DNA from: Podarcis melisellensis
Lineage: Eukaryota
Assembly: GCA_964234715.1 (NCBI GenBank)
Contig: OZ174275.1
Length of the DNA: 64,000 bases
Reading direction: 5' to 3' (one strand)
Numbering within the stretch: the first letter of the stretch is position 1; each line of letters opens with the position of its first letter. A model generated the notes under the pieces. It saw only the letters and a list, made by a program, of their open reading frames with translations, ran no database searches and had not been told where the DNA came from. Below are positions 26,223 to 40,224 of this stretch, one piece after another. The position numbers were made by a program, and so were the translations under genes.

Positions 26223-26369
26223 AACAATTTAGACACCATTTGAACACTTCCACATACATGCAAACTGCTGCTGCCTGTTGAAGAAATTAACTACAATTAA
26301 GGCCACCCTCGCTATTTTGTCTGTGCTCCTCCTCCTCCTCCATGCAGACAGCAAGCTTGTGACAATTAC

Positions 26370-26550
26370 CTGATAAAAGTGTGAAAGTGACTGAGTAGAT
26401 CCCGTTCTCTTTCTGGGCCTCCCCACCTTCTGTGTATGTTATGTCCACTTGGAACTTCACTGGCTTCTGAAAGACAGCAGGGCCCCCTGTGGATTTGTAC
26501 TCTGCGCGGAAGCTTGTCTGTGAGATGACGCTGTGACTGAGGCTGGGGAT
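26370..26550 (-). CDS. BRSK2: BRSK2 coding exon (~exon 17), 181 nt, [60 protein letters not shown](G); KA1 domain with KEN motif at 26404-26412
   Basis: Acceptor tttcctactag|ATC, donor CAG|gtaatt; translated by hand; phase 0 to phase 1. Confidence 0.97.
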
Positions 26551-27174
26551 CTAGTAGGAAACAACAACATGAAGAACAAATGGTAATACCACTCTAAAAC
26601 CAGTGGCAACACACCAATTTAAAAAGCATCAAAATCTGAATGGGAAAGACTGCTGTTTTGTGGGACTGCCCTTTCTTTAAGAATGAAGGAGCATTTCAGT
26701 CTGATGGGCAGCAATAAAAAATGAACTTCAATAAGATCTCATCAGCTAGCCATTTATTAAAAATTGTTAAATGCCCAAACTCCTGGCTCCGAGAACTGCT
26801 CACACACAGCATCTCCGCCTTACCAGGATTCAATTTCAGTTTACTGGCTCTGATCTAGTCCACCACTGTGTCTAGGCACCAGTCTGGAACACCCATGGCT
26901 TCTCTTGATTCAGATGTTACAGAGAAACAGAGCAAGGTGACATTTGCACATGGTTGACACCACACTCCAAATCTCTTAATGATTGCCTCCAGAATATTTC
27001 ATATGGATGTTAAGCAGGACTGGGGGAAAAATAGTCTCCCAAGGCATTCAAGAACAAAGTTTACAGAGTGCAGGCACATAGTCATTCTCTGCTCTTCTCT
27101 GGACCAGCCCTGCATATTTGAATGGGACCATGGTAAAACACTGCCGCCTGGGTTTGTGGAAGTATTGCACAAGT

Positions 27175-27264
27175 CATAGCTGTCAACTTTCCCCCTTTTT
27201 AAAGGGAAATCCTATACGGAATAAGGGAATTTCCCTTTTAAAAAGGGAAACATTGACAGCTATG
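27175..27264. mobile_element. 90-bp near-palindromic hAT-type MITE
   Basis: TIRs CATAGCTGTCAA / TTGACAGCTATG; perfect 8-bp TSD GCACAAGT at 27167-27174 and 27265-27272. Confidence 0.9.
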
Positions 27265-28972
27265 GCACAAGTGTCAAAATGTATAGGAAGCATTCTTGGA
27301 CTGATAATGTGGAAAGGGCAAGAAGAAACATTTTGAAGTTATTAATATAGTGTTGAAAGCACTTTGCACACATTATCTTCATGCACCTTAGAACAAACCT
27401 GCAACTCTTATTACCTCCATATTACAGGTTTGAGGAGGGCTGTGAGGTAGCAGTTTGACTTTGGTCCCCAATGAGCTGAGATTTGAATCAGCACCATGTT
27501 GCTCATGCTGTTAACTACTCTGCCACACTAGCTCCCAATAATTACTTGGGGCTGTAAACTTATACACTTTTATCTGGGAGTAGGTCCTATTGTTATCCAA
27601 CTTACGGTAAACTATACTCAGATACACCAAAATCAATAGACTTGAGTTACTTATGCCCATTTATTTCAACAGGTCAACTCTGAGTACGACTAACATTAGA
27701 TTTCACCCAATGCCAACTTCTGAGTAGATCTATACAGAGTTGCTCTCTGAGGGACTTAAAACTGGCAAAGATCATTTGGGATTTTTGCTCCTACACATAC
27801 GACTGTATCACACTCCACTTTAAAAGAAGCCCCAAAGATTAATTATTTCAGGGAGAGTTCCAGAACATGTCTTGAGATTGCGTTCTCCCAAGGGCAGAGT
27901 TTGCTTTGGCCTCCAGAAAAGGGTAAGAAATAAGCTACTAGATGGGAATGTAAAGGAATCAACCCGTTATGTATAGCCACCGTGATTTTATGTGCAATTT
28001 TGCTTGGAGTATGGCTGGATTTATACACCATGCTCTGGGGAACCTGAAAAATATGCCTAAGAAGTTAATCTTTTTAAAATCTTATTTCTCAGGGAAGTTC
28101 TGCTAAGAAAGCCAGCTCTGAGTCTGGCATATATGAGTGAGAAATGCATACATAAAAAAGAAAATGAGTAACGGTGAGGGAAAGATGGTGTAATTGAAGA
28201 ACAAAGACGCAAAGGTCACTTATACACTAGCCATTTAATATGGAGCAGACATAATCTCTTCACTCAGTTTTTACAGAGAATTTAGATGACAGCATTTCCA
28301 ACTCAATGTACTCCAGAATTCTTCATATTGTCCTCCCACCTTTTTCAGATCTGAGCTGTGATTTTTAAAAATAGCTTGTATTTTTTAAAATAAAAAAAAT
28401 AAAGATTACATTTAGTCAATACATGCTATATAGCCATAGTAACAATAAAAAACACTACAGCAATGGATAGAAGCTTTCCTACCACTGTATATTCTCCTGC
28501 ATTCTAGTACTATAAAGCACCCCTACTCATTTTGTTAAAATGCAGTTCAGAATGGCATTGAGCCTTCTTGGGGCTACTGTCTCTTTAATTTCCCTCCATT
28601 CTTTGTTTTAAAGTGACTTCTGCTTCTGGCTCTTACATTAGTCAGTTCCTGTTCCTCGTGTGATAATTACTAGTTTTGTCTTTGCAATCAAAGCAAATGT
28701 TCATTAATTTTATTATTACAATTACATGGTTAAAGTAATAAAAAATAAAATTTCTAAAAAAAATTACTCCAGCTGAAAAGAAACCCAAAATAAAACCGCC
28801 TCCCACAGATAACAGGAACTGATTAGTCAATAACCAAGAAACACTGTTGCCACAGGAGAGAACAGAAAGAAATTTTAGTTTCAAAGGGCACTAGTGTGGA
28901 ATGTGTCTGGAACTACAGGCTGAGGAACCACAGCTCATCAACTTTCACTTGTGCGTTTATGTCTGTACTTAC

Positions 28973-29096
28973 CGAGAGGAATGCATGGACTATGTCAGCC
29001 TTGATAGAACTCAGCGGTTTGTCCTTAATAACCACAAAGATCTGTTCTTCTTTCTCTAGGTTGATAAAGTTACCAAACCAGGATTTTTTGGCAAGC
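28973..29096 (-). CDS. BRSK2: BRSK2 coding exon (~exon 16), 124 nt, (E)[41 protein letters not shown]; autoinhibitory segment and start of KA1 domain
   Basis: Acceptor ttggtcag|G, donor TCG|gtaagt; phase 2 to phase 0; peptide in ORF 28913..29146. Confidence 0.97.
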
Positions 29097-32000
29097 CTGA
29101 CCAATCCAGGAGGGAGAGAAAGAAAAGGCGAAAAAACAGAAAGCAAAGAGAAGATTTAGAGAAGAAAAGCACAGGCAATTATAATACACAGCCAACTAGG
29201 CCTTAGCTATGCTGTGTGGAACGGTATAAGTCATTGTGTCAAGAGAGTCATATTTGTTCAGAGACAGAAAGCACCCCAGTGATGCATTTGGCTTTACTAC
29301 AACAGTATGTACAGTTGGAAACAGAAGACTAGGTACTGTACTGTTCAAGTAAACCTAGAAGGGCAGAGGCACTAATGGATACAACCGTGAAACAGCTTTA
29401 CAAGATACAGCAGGGAGCTGAATAAGGAGGACATTGGTAGGACTCTTTGTGTGTGCCACTGATATGCACACATGCAGTCCATGCACACCCTGCTTTCTGT
29501 AAGCACTCTGCACATGAATGGAATGTGTTCTCTGGCACCCTAAAAATCCAGCTTGCACTGTGCTCATTGACAGCCCCCTGGACACTCATTACAATGTCTA
29601 GTCCTGAGGTTATTTAATCTATAGCAATATGACACATTTAAGAGAGAAATGTTGTACACTACTAGCTTTTGAAAGCAAGCTTAAAAAAAGAAAGAAGAAA
29701 AAAGCATCTACATCTGCCTGCCTGCCTAACAGAGGAAAAGAAAACAATCACACTTTGGCAAATCTCTCCCAGTTCCTCTGTTAAAACTGGGTTGGGAAAG
29801 CACAACTCTCTGAAATATTAATAAGCAGCTATAGCTGACCACAAGCCAAAGATTAGCATGGGGAACAGTAAAGAGAAAGGGCCACTCATTTAAGTAGGCT
29901 ATTAAGAAGCCTGGGCTTTTGTCTTCCTCAAACACACCAGAATGACTCTGTAGGCCTCAGAACAATTATGCTGTCTGTTCCTTGCACATTAAAAGCCTTT
30001 GCTGATTAGATATTTATATGTATAGTTATCCATCCAACTGCCCCAGTCCCTTCAGACTTCAGGTTGCTGCAATACACCTCTGAATAGAAACATATGAAGG
30101 ATGGAGCAAGTGCTTTTTCTAGCACAGGTACATGGACCCCACAGTGGGTGCATGCTGCTGCTGGATATGTCCACGATCCACTAAACACAGGCTACCTTTC
30201 CATACGCTACAATATATACATTTTAATAACTGGGGTTTATTTCCTTCTCTCATTTAAACAGGGAGAGACAATTCTAGTGAAATCCTCATGGGTGGGTTGC
30301 AGAGTTTTTGATGAACTTACTTTACTTCTGTGGTATATGAGGGGTGTTTTTGATGGTCCTTCCATTCTGCAAAGCTAGCTCACCAATGGCCTGTGCCCTG
30401 TAGCCTCCCTGCGCCCTGCAGCTTTCTGCAATTCAATTACAGCTCAGGGAAAGGTATCATGAGGTAACTCCTCCCACAGAGTTTTTCCAGGTTAGGAAGC
30501 AGGGCAGCTGAAGAGGCTGCAGTGTGCTGGCAAAATGTTTACAGAAAATAAAAGGAAAAATGCAATCCTACCTTGCAATAAAGCAAGCTTAAAACTCAAG
30601 GAAATTCTCAAGTCTCCTGAGAATGAGGTGGAAAAAAGGAAAAGATATTTTGCAAGGAAAGAAAACTTTGGAGAAACTGAAGGAGAGGTTTTGGCACAGC
30701 ACTAGTCTGCATGATCTAAGCAGTGCTGCTTCCAACAGAGAGAATCAGTGCTATCCGAAAAATTATTAACTCTACACAGGGGGAGGAAAAAAGGGTGGGA
30801 GCATGCAGCCTCAGTTATTCAAGATTCGCGGCACAATTTTCTAAGCATGTTTACTCAGGAGTAAACTTAGGCCACAGTGTTCAATGAGCCTTACTCCCTA
30901 ACAAGTGTACTAAGTAAAAGTTTTTTAAATGAAATGGTACACTGCTTTCTTTTTAAAGTGCTGCCAACCAAGCAAAACACTGCATTAGAGAGAAGCGAAA
31001 CTTGCTTCCCCAATAAGGCCTTAAGCATTATGAACATTATGAAATTGACATTAAAAATCTTGAAGACCATTTTGTAAAATTAAAAACTGGGATATTTCAA
31101 TTGCCTCTGAGCCATGATAAAGGATGTACTGTATCCATTCTGACACTTCATATAATCACAAGGGTAGGGTCTGTTCTGAAATGAATGTTTTAATTCACAT
31201 CCAATGGTAGGAGATTTAAAAGAAAAACCCATTTTAAAAGAAGAAGAAGGGATAAAAAGGTGCATACTGTTGGTAAAACTGTATCTCATGAATGATCACC
31301 AGGAATAAAGGTTATAGAGGCCTGCTTAAGTTTCCAGTGATACCCTGGAGCCTGTAACTGCTTGCAATACAGAGTTCTTCTGATGAGATACAAGGCAGAA
31401 TAGATTCTTGTGAGTTCTCCTGATGTAACTGTGCTGGGTCTGCAGGGCAAAGAGGTATAGATAGTGGCACTGATGTTTTATAATGAAGGAGGGAAATTCA
31501 GCAGACCTGGCAGAATATCCATATTGCATAGACTTATCCGGTACTAGTTTAACAAGTAAGAGTTGGGGGCAAGGAAGGAGAGATTTATATACACCAGTGG
31601 CTCAATTAGTTTGGTGTATTCCTAGACACTTGTGTGATCAAAGTAATCCCAGAACTATATGGTACATATTCATATTGACTGTACCAGTGGGTCTGTGGAT
31701 ACTATTGTCTAAGACCACCCCACTCAGAACCTGCAGTCTTACATCTTACTCACTGTCTGGACATGTTGTAGCTACATCAGCTGAAGGCTAAAGTAATGAT
31801 TTTTTAAATAAAGTGAAGCAGTATGCACAGGAATCTGAATTCTGATTGGGTTTAGCACCCTGCTCACTCAGACTTGAATCCCGAGGGTTCCCTAGATTCA
31901 TTACTGCAACTCATATTCCATTTTGTGGGGGCTGTTGGGATCTTCCTAGACCAATCTGCACATAGAACAAGAATCAGACAAGACCCACTTCTCAACAGAG

Positions 32001-32617
32001 GACCCTGCAACGGTTCCCCCAGCACATCTTAGGACCCACAGAAAATTAGTGTACCTAAAGGGAAACCTTAGGTCCCCAGCACAGGAAAATGGGAACCCTG
32101 AGAACTGGGGGGTCTGGTAGATCCTTACCTTAACTCTGCCATTCTGGGTCCTGCTATGATCTGGGTCAGGGATAATATTCCAAATGTTGTTGGGCTACAA
32201 CCCCATCAACCCCAGCAAAATGGGCAGGGATGATAGGTTCTGTAGTGTGATATCTGAAGGTTCTATATTGGCTACCTTGTAATTGCAATTCATATATTAT
32301 CACCTCAAATCTAGATGAATGTAATGGGAAGAATTCAACATGGTACTAGAGAGATTGTTCTGGTGTAAGCATCTCCCCTCTCCTGCCACGCTGTTCTGGT
32401 GGTTCTCCCCCCTCCCCCCAATTGGGGCAGGGGGAGGATGGGGGTCAAACTCCGCTGCTCTAGTGGAAGTCCTTATGCAGGCATCTGCTAGCAAGACTGG
32501 TTAGTTGAATCTGGCCCAACGTTTTACTTTAAAGGTGGGTTGGAATTTCCAGATTGAAAGCTGGCTGTCATATTCAGAACTAGCAGTGCTCCCAGTTGCT
32601 GCACTATTGCTTTAGGG

Positions 32618-32850
32618 ACATAATTCAAAGTGCTAATTTTGATATATAAAGCCTCACCCCAGTAGTCCTTAAAGGCCACCTCTTCCCTTATGGAACTCCC
32701 AAGGTTGACTGAGAGAATCTGTTTAGCAATACCATCGATGGGTGAGATTCAAACAGTAAGGGAGCACAGGGAGATATTCTCAGTGGCTGCACCACAACTG
32801 CAGAACTCTCTTCCCTTGGAAACGTTCAGAAGCCCAAAACAGGATGTTGT
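32618..32850 (+). mobile_element. L2/CR1-clade LINE 3' fragment
   Basis: aattcaaagtgctaattttgatatataaagcc (FKVLILIYKA) and ttctcagtggctgcaccacaactgcagaactctcttccc (FSVAAPQLQNSLP); similar to the 3' part of 52270-53930. Confidence 0.65.
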
Positions 32851-33745
32851 TGAGAAGCACTGTTCTACGGCCTTTCCCCCTTTTTCTTTTGGAAGGTAGG
32901 GTGTCATTACTGACTTAGGAGATGGTTTTGGGGGTTTGATAATGAAAATAACCCTAAAGGAAGGAGAGTGAAACATAAAAAAGAAATAAAGGGGAGAATA
33001 CACACTGGGGGCAACCTTAGGATTCATTGGAAAAGCTTTCACAACATATCTGAAGGGTAGGAAGTCCATAGGGGAAAAACGACCTTGAAAAACACTGGAG
33101 AATCAACTTGACATCTATCTTAAGAAAGGTTTTCCACCCCAAGAGATTGGTAGAAAGCAACAAGGTGTACTGGAGAAAGTATGCAATTTTACATCATGTT
33201 GTAGACAAACAATGACAGCATTCTCTATATCTAAAATAAACCCATGGATTAAACAGAATTGTCTCTCTATTGACCAGTGCTGCAATTCTATTTCCACTTA
33301 ACTAGGAGTAAGCCACACTGAACTCAACAAGACTTATCCCCAAGTAGACATGTATAGGATTGCATTGTAAAACATGCTTATACACCATCTCAATTTGTAT
33401 TAGAGGCTCTAGCTTCTACAGGGGATTTCTGAAGCCCCTATGGGCTAAATTCTAAGTCAAAATACTAGTGGACACATACATACAGCCCAGTTCAAACAAG
33501 TCCCATGATTCAGGACTTTGCTGAATTGAGGCCCTGCTGCAAATCAGCATAGCTCCATCATCTGGCACACATGGTGCAATGCTTTTTTCTTTTTTTAAAT
33601 GTCAGATTTATAGAAGGTGATAGCAAACAGAAACACCAAGAGAATAAAAGTTAGGCAACCACCAATTCCATTATGTTTCTATTGGCTTGTGGCTCAAAGG
33701 CAGCTCTCTCCATGAATTGCTTCCCGTGCCTGCAGTCCTGTACAC

Positions 33746-34091
33746 TAGGGAAGGCTAACCTTTTTTATGCCCAAGGGCTGCGTTCACCCTTGGCCAACGC
33801 AGGAAGGGCTGCATGTTGTATACTAGCAGTGAGTATGGCCACACCATATTCTCACTCATCAACACAGGTAGGCAAAATGCCCTCCTCAGCTGGCCCATGC
33901 AGATCAGCTGAGAAGGCTGATTATTATCCCTCCCTGTTCATATGACCCATCTGATGACTGAAGTGGGAATATTTGCTTACCCAACAGGATAATGAGTCTA
34001 CTTTAACTTTTCCCCTTTTTTGAAATCAGTGGGGTCCTGGAGGGGCAGAAAAAACGTGCTGGGAGCCCTCCATAGCTGTTAGCCACCCCTA
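33746..34091. mobile_element. Old hAT (Charlie-like) non-autonomous element, ~346 bp
   Basis: TIRs TAGGGAAGGCTAAC / GTTAGCCACCCCTA; degenerate 8-bp TSD ctgtacac / atgtatgc. Confidence 0.6.
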
Positions 34092-34331
34092 ATGTATGCA
34101 TTTAGAATGCTTCAGTCCAACTGATCTCAATAGGAACTAAACAGCCTAACTAAGCATACCAACATTATTAGTATGAAAAGTCACTGCAAGATACCAATGA
34201 GAAAGATCACAGAGTTTTGCCTAAAATGTGTTTGAAACCTGTTCAATGTATCATTTTTAATGGTAGTTTTTGGACTCAATCCCCAGGTCTGTGCTGCCAC
34301 AGTAGAATATGGTCCCTGTCACCCGCAAATA

Positions 34332-34334
<3 letters not shown>

Positions 34335-34364
<30 letters not shown>
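34335..34364. repeat. (TG)n microsatellite
   Basis: Direct reading. Confidence 0.95.
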
Positions 34365-34366
<2 letters not shown>

Positions 34367-37300
34367 GTTGACCAAGGTGCTTTAAAGACCTTTTGTTTAC
34401 ATATTTTTCTTAAATATTAAGTTCCTTTGCATTAACAGATAAGTCCTCAGGCCAAAGACTGAACTAGCAAGTGATGCTAGGATCCCACTCTAGTTATCCT
34501 TTTATATCTAATTGTTCTAGAATGTGTATGGTTAGAGACATGTGAACTACTACAATGTGGCAAATGCTTCTCCAGTTTCTTTGAAGTTTTCTTCCCCTGT
34601 GAAAGAGGCTTCCATTTTTCTGTCTCATTCTCAGGGCACTAGAAAAATAGTTTCTTTTGAATTTTGGTGGGTATTGAGATTTTGAGCTAACTTTATTATT
34701 GCAAGGTAGAGGAGGTTGGTACGTGTAAACCTTTCTGTAGCACGCTGGAATCACCCCAGCTGCCAGTGCTTCCTAATCTGAAAAAGGCTCATGGGAGGAG
34801 TTATCTCACAATGTCTTCTCCTGAGCTTTAACTGAAGCATGGACACCCGGGAAGGCTGCTGGAGTGCAGACACCACTGGTGAGATGATTTGTGGAATGAA
34901 AGAAAGGACACCTAAAAATATCCCTTGGCCACTGCAAAAATAAGGTGAGTACAGTGAAAACACAGCACCCAAACAATAATAATTTCACAGATATGTTCCA
35001 TCTCATCTGATAATTTTCACATGTAATTTATTTTCTCAATAACTGATGGGAAGGATAAAGCTGATTAGCCATATTTGGTCATTCAATACACATGGCACAG
35101 GTTTTGCGGAGTGGGAGAGGACTGCTGTGCAGAACTTCCCCTGTCGTCGTGTCCTCAACAGCCCATTCCCTGTTGTCCATGCGGTGGGAATAATGCCTGC
35201 AGAGGGGATGCTCATAGGCTCCCCGCCCCCAAGTTTTGGTTCTAGCTCATGGAGGGGGCATATGTGCAATGAGCAAACTTTAAACATGCTCACCAACATG
35301 CAGGCAGACAGCAGGAGGGAGGTCCTGACTGAGTTGTGATGGTAGGGCCAGGGCCAGTAGGTATGGCTCTGCTCTCCTGCTCCACACCATTATAATTGCC
35401 CAAACAAGGCAACTGGATGCTGACTTTAAAAAACACACACATGAAAATGTTTTGGATGGAGGTGCCTGTTCAATGTTTGTAAAGATTAAAATATTATGCA
35501 CAATTTGGATTATTATCAATTTTTTCTTCTTAAATACATGTACTTCTATGCAGAATGCTAAAAAGCAGATGGAGTCATGCTGCTTTACATCAGAAGGGGA
35601 TATGGGCTTATCCATTTAATTTCTATGAGCTTATCTAGGCTTTCCCACAAATAAAATGATACACATTACCTAGACATGTCAAGGTATAATATCCAGTCCT
35701 CAGAACTGTTAAACGAATTAGATTCATTAAAAGATGCAGCAACAGTGTAAGGAAGCACATTTATGCAACATTTCAATCATGGGACCACTAAGGGCTCTTC
35801 TGCAACAGAGACATCTTGCTCTCAGAGCAAAAAGAACTTTAGAGTGGCCACAGAGCATAAAGGCACTGACGATTGAAATAAAAACACAGTTCATTATTTT
35901 TTACAACTTTTATTATGTTTACTGCAGGGTGCCATCCAATTGAACTCATTAATTCAGCAATTATATTGGAAAGGGGGAAAAGGCCTTAGGCTTTGAGTTG
36001 CATCCAAACTGCCTACTAAGAATGCCTTTACTTCTACCCGGCAGTTCTTAAAGAGAGAGCGAGGCACAGAGAAAGGCAGCACATTCACAAAGGATCTCAC
36101 ACAAAAAGAAGGGGAGAGAGAAGGAAGAGAGAATATGGTGGAAAAGAAAGAGAAGGATCCCATTAAGTCCCTTCCACCACTCTTTACTGCCCTGACTGCT
36201 GTTGCATCAGGGTTGCACTACTCAGTTTTCACACTTCAAAATGGCAAGGACCATATCACCATCTCCAGTTAAGAGATCTTCTCGGATCAAAATTTAATCT
36301 AGAGCTCATGATTATTTCACTCTGTGACTTAACCAATATAAGATCATTTCAGCAGCCAAGAAAGCAGCAACGTAGTAGAAAATGCTGTGCAAATTATGGA
36401 GGATTATTTTGCACTAAAAGGGAATCTCTGGAGAAATGTTCACAGGCAAAGTATCCCCAATAGGCATTTAGTCCTATGTAATTCTTCAATGACATTTTTG
36501 TTAAAATTACTTTGGGTCTAATGCAATTGAGAAAACACATTATTTCTGAATGGCTACTGTATTTCCTGTGTAGCCCTTTCCGAACTGTTTTAGAAACTTC
36601 CATCCCTACACCAGCTTTCACCTCCTACTGTATGAGTTACTTCCTACTAGGCTCCAAAGAAGGTCAGCAAGGTCAGCAGTTCACTGTGACTTTGAACAAT
36701 ATATGAAGTCGAGACACTGCTTAAGTTTTCAAGGCTGTTTGCTCTATTGACTCCAAAGAGAGACACAGGGTCCAGTGTAAGTAAGATTGCTTGAAAAAGC
36801 TATTCACTAAAGCCTATGGAAAGGAGTATGTTAAATACATGAAGAATTGGATGTTGGTTTTCCTTTTTAAGACTTTTCCTATGAAGTGAGGGTGGAGAGG
36901 AATGCACTGAAGGACTGAAAAAAATTATGCACTGGGTTTTGTTTTCTTAAAAATCCTTATCAGACAAACAACCCATTTGTTTTCTTGAGCACCTGCAGTT
37001 TCCTAAATCAGGAGTAGCTAACCATTATCAGGCTGTGGGCTGCACTGGCCAATGCTCAACACCCGGGGGACAACGTGTCCAAATGTAAAAATGGCCAATT
37101 GATTTTTTATAGAGTCAAATTCTGGGGGATCTTTGGGTGAGGTCACAAAGGTCTTTTGCCATGAGAGAATCGGAGTGTAAAGAGCAGCCAGCAACTTTAA
37201 AAGAATTAATGAGACTTTTCTCTTTTTGAGTGGGGTGGGGAGGGGGTGGGAATTGGAAGCCACAACAATATTCGGTTTCATAGCATAACAGCAGGAGATT

Positions 37301-37627
37301 CACAAGAACAGTAATTAAAAACAAAAAAACCCACTTTTTTTAAAAAAATGACAAATTTCGGGTGTCCAAAAACCCCTCTTGAGGAGTTGTATGAGTCCTA
37401 TGTGCTAGCTACCCTTGTCCTAAATTTATCCCTTAACCTAGCACTACCCTTGAGGGTGTATATTAACTGCCCTGACACCTTGTTTGTGACCTGCTGCAAC
37501 CAGAGTGGTATGAATTCATTTGTTAGGAGTGCTAGATAAAGAACATTCTGTCTCACTCTGATCTATTGACAAGTACACACGAAACAAATCGGTGCTGATA
37601 CTAATAGTACTGTAGTGAGTTACTTAC

Positions 37628-37676
37628 TCTGGGGAAGATTCTGGAGTTAAATTCGACATCTCTTCTGGCGTCGGTA
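37628..37676 (-). CDS. BRSK2: BRSK2 coding exon (~exon 15), 49 nt, (V)PTPEEMSNLTPESSP(E)
   Basis: Acceptor gtatatatag|TA, donor GA|gtaagt; phase 1 to phase 2. Confidence 0.96.
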
Positions 37677-39469
37677 CTATATATACATACACAGACAGAG
37701 ACAAAGCATAAGAGGAGGAGAAAAAGAAAATGCTGATTCCCAATTCAAAGTCACTAAACGTGGAATCAAAGTTCATACAAAATATATTTCAAGCACTTCA
37801 TTGTTTTAATATCAAATAACTTATTGTTTTAATATCAAATAATGGAGCCACACTGCTCCTATATCCACATGTACCTAACTTGAACACTTACATACTGAGA
37901 TTTCATAGTTTGGCCTGGGCTCTTAAACTGTATCTATTCAACTTAGAATTGATGACTGTTGTGAAAGTAATTTGCAGCATAATTGTATCTGCCAAGATGT
38001 CTGGGGCTGATTTTTAATAGTAGCATTGAAATAGTTCTATAACCCACAGAAAACTAAAAACTGGTATGCTGCACACTTAGCCCTACAACACCCTGAGTAT
38101 GTGCAAAGTCCGTAGATGGAATACTATTACCCTTTCCCCTTGAAACAGAGAATAAGAAATCTGCCATATACTACAGCAGACATTTCAGCAAAGATACAAA
38201 TGAGCTGGAATGCTGAGCTGTGGAAATTTCCTATTTGCATATTTTAACCAACCTTGAATTAGGAAAGAAAAGAGATTTCCAGTAACAGGCAGGGATGTAT
38301 TTGCTCATAAACATATAAAGCAGTAATTGTGCCTTATGTAACCTTTATTAACATGAGTCCTCATGGAGTTCCTCTCCATCCAAAAAACAACAACAATGCA
38401 CATCAGTGAAGACAGCACCTTGCTCAGAACTCTGATCATTTGTGTCTTCATTACTCGCTCCAACATGAAAGGACGCTGAAGAAGGGAACTTTGTAAAGTA
38501 CCTTGTGTGGTCCATGGAGATGGGTTAATGTTATTTTGCCATATCATTAATACTACAAATACAAAATATTGAAAAGACTATGGGCCTCAATGATTCAGCA
38601 AAATGGGTTGTTACAGAGGGAGCGGCTCTAAGTTTTTCAGAGATGAGATTTTTCATTTAATGCTGTGTCATGAGCAACATGCAAGAGCTTCAGTTAATCA
38701 TGCTTTGTACACACACTTCTGTATAATGCTGGTCTATTAAGGGGTTCCCTGTAATGAATACTGGGAGGGAGGACTATCTTCTTAGAACAGATACCAATGA
38801 GGACAATTGATAAATGCTGCACAGGGCAAAGTTGTAACAACAATTGTGCAAAAACCCACTAATCATGTAATGGGGTATAAATAAAGTCAGCCTGGAGCTA
38901 TATTCTGCATACATCAGTTCCTCCATGAAGGGTGTCAATTCTTTAATAAACCATCTTATCTTTGTGGACCATACAGCATCTTTGTTCACTTGTCTGTATC
39001 TGTAGGTCTGTCTTCATGAAGAGTGAACTTTAAGATCGTCTTCTGTTTTGAATCCTTCCCAAACCCTAGCCATCACGTCAATAAATTAAAAGTGCTCAAC
39101 TTTCCAAGAAAACGTGTAGTGACTGCCTTAATCTTGAATACATATGGAAATGCAATATGATAGGTTTTTCTTGAAGATCTGGGCCTATGAAGGGGGTGGT
39201 AATCATGTCATGAAATAACCATAGATGCAACCCATTGTTTTCTATGGGATTTCCTAGTTTTCTAAAAGCTATGTCTCAAATAAATCTTAAGGTACCAATT
39301 AAAGAAATAAAAACGTGTTCAGGAACAATTTAACTGGAGGTAGATATTTTCACCCTGCTTCCACATGCTGGCCACCTCTGATTTGGAGAAGCTCATATGT
39401 GAGGAATATAATTGAATCTGCAGTATTGCACACAGTAGCTCTATTTGCACATACTTCTAAGTCATTGTT

Positions 39470-39820
39470 TATTTTAACCATGGTTTCTTCAGCAAATCAC
39501 CAGCAAGCTTAAATTAGTAAGCAAGCAAGCAAGCCATGGTTTGCTTCTCCAAAGCATGGTTTGTTTTCCAACTGCTCTTGCCTCATGCTTCTGTATCTTA
39601 GTGTGTGTCTGGCCACACACATCACGATGAAGCAAATCCACTGAGTTTGGACACAATAGTTAAAACAAGCCACAATTTGAAAGCCAAAAACAAACCATGG
39701 TTTCACACAATTGTTTGCCAGGAAACAAACCATGGTTAGTCTGCTAAGATGGACACAGATATTAAAAAAGCCACATTTTGGCTAGGCAAACCATGGTTTA
39801 GTGACATGTGTAAACCAAGC
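39470..39820. repeat. Interspersed repeat with recurrent AACCATGGTT palindromic motifs; related copy at ~62800-63120
   Basis: Multiple aaccatggtt/aagccatggttt motifs in both orientations; similar motif set at 62900-63120; family not identified. Confidence 0.5.
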
Positions 39821-39983
39821 CAGTGTGTGCCTCAAGTCAGAAACAACTGAAAATCAGCAGGCTAGAAGTGCAGTGCAAGTACCAAAGCCATGAGTAGAAG
39901 GCACAGGATGGAGAGATTGGATAGTATAACAACACTTGTAATCTTAGTATAAAAACTGGTACTTTTGCCTTGTTCAGGTAGTC

Positions 39984-40224
39984 CAGGGATGTCCAACTTC
40001 CAAGAGACTGTGATCTACTCACAGTATATAAAAAAAACTGACAGTGATCTACCCATTGTCACTGAAGGATGGACCAGAGTTGTTGAGCTGAGCTTTTTTT
40101 AGGAAGCAAAAGTTGTTGAGCTTCTTTTTTTTGGGGGGGGGGGAGATCGACCAGGGGGGGAGATCTACCTGGGACACCCTCATGATCTACCAGCAGATCA
40201 CGATCTACCTGTTGAACATGCCTG
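39984..40224. mobile_element. hAT-superfamily MITE, 241 bp
   Basis: TIRs CAGGGATGTCCAAC / GTTGAACATGCCTG (12/14); perfect 8-bp TSD AGGTAGTC at 39976-39983 and 40225-40232; repeated internal GATCTAC motif. Confidence 0.9.
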
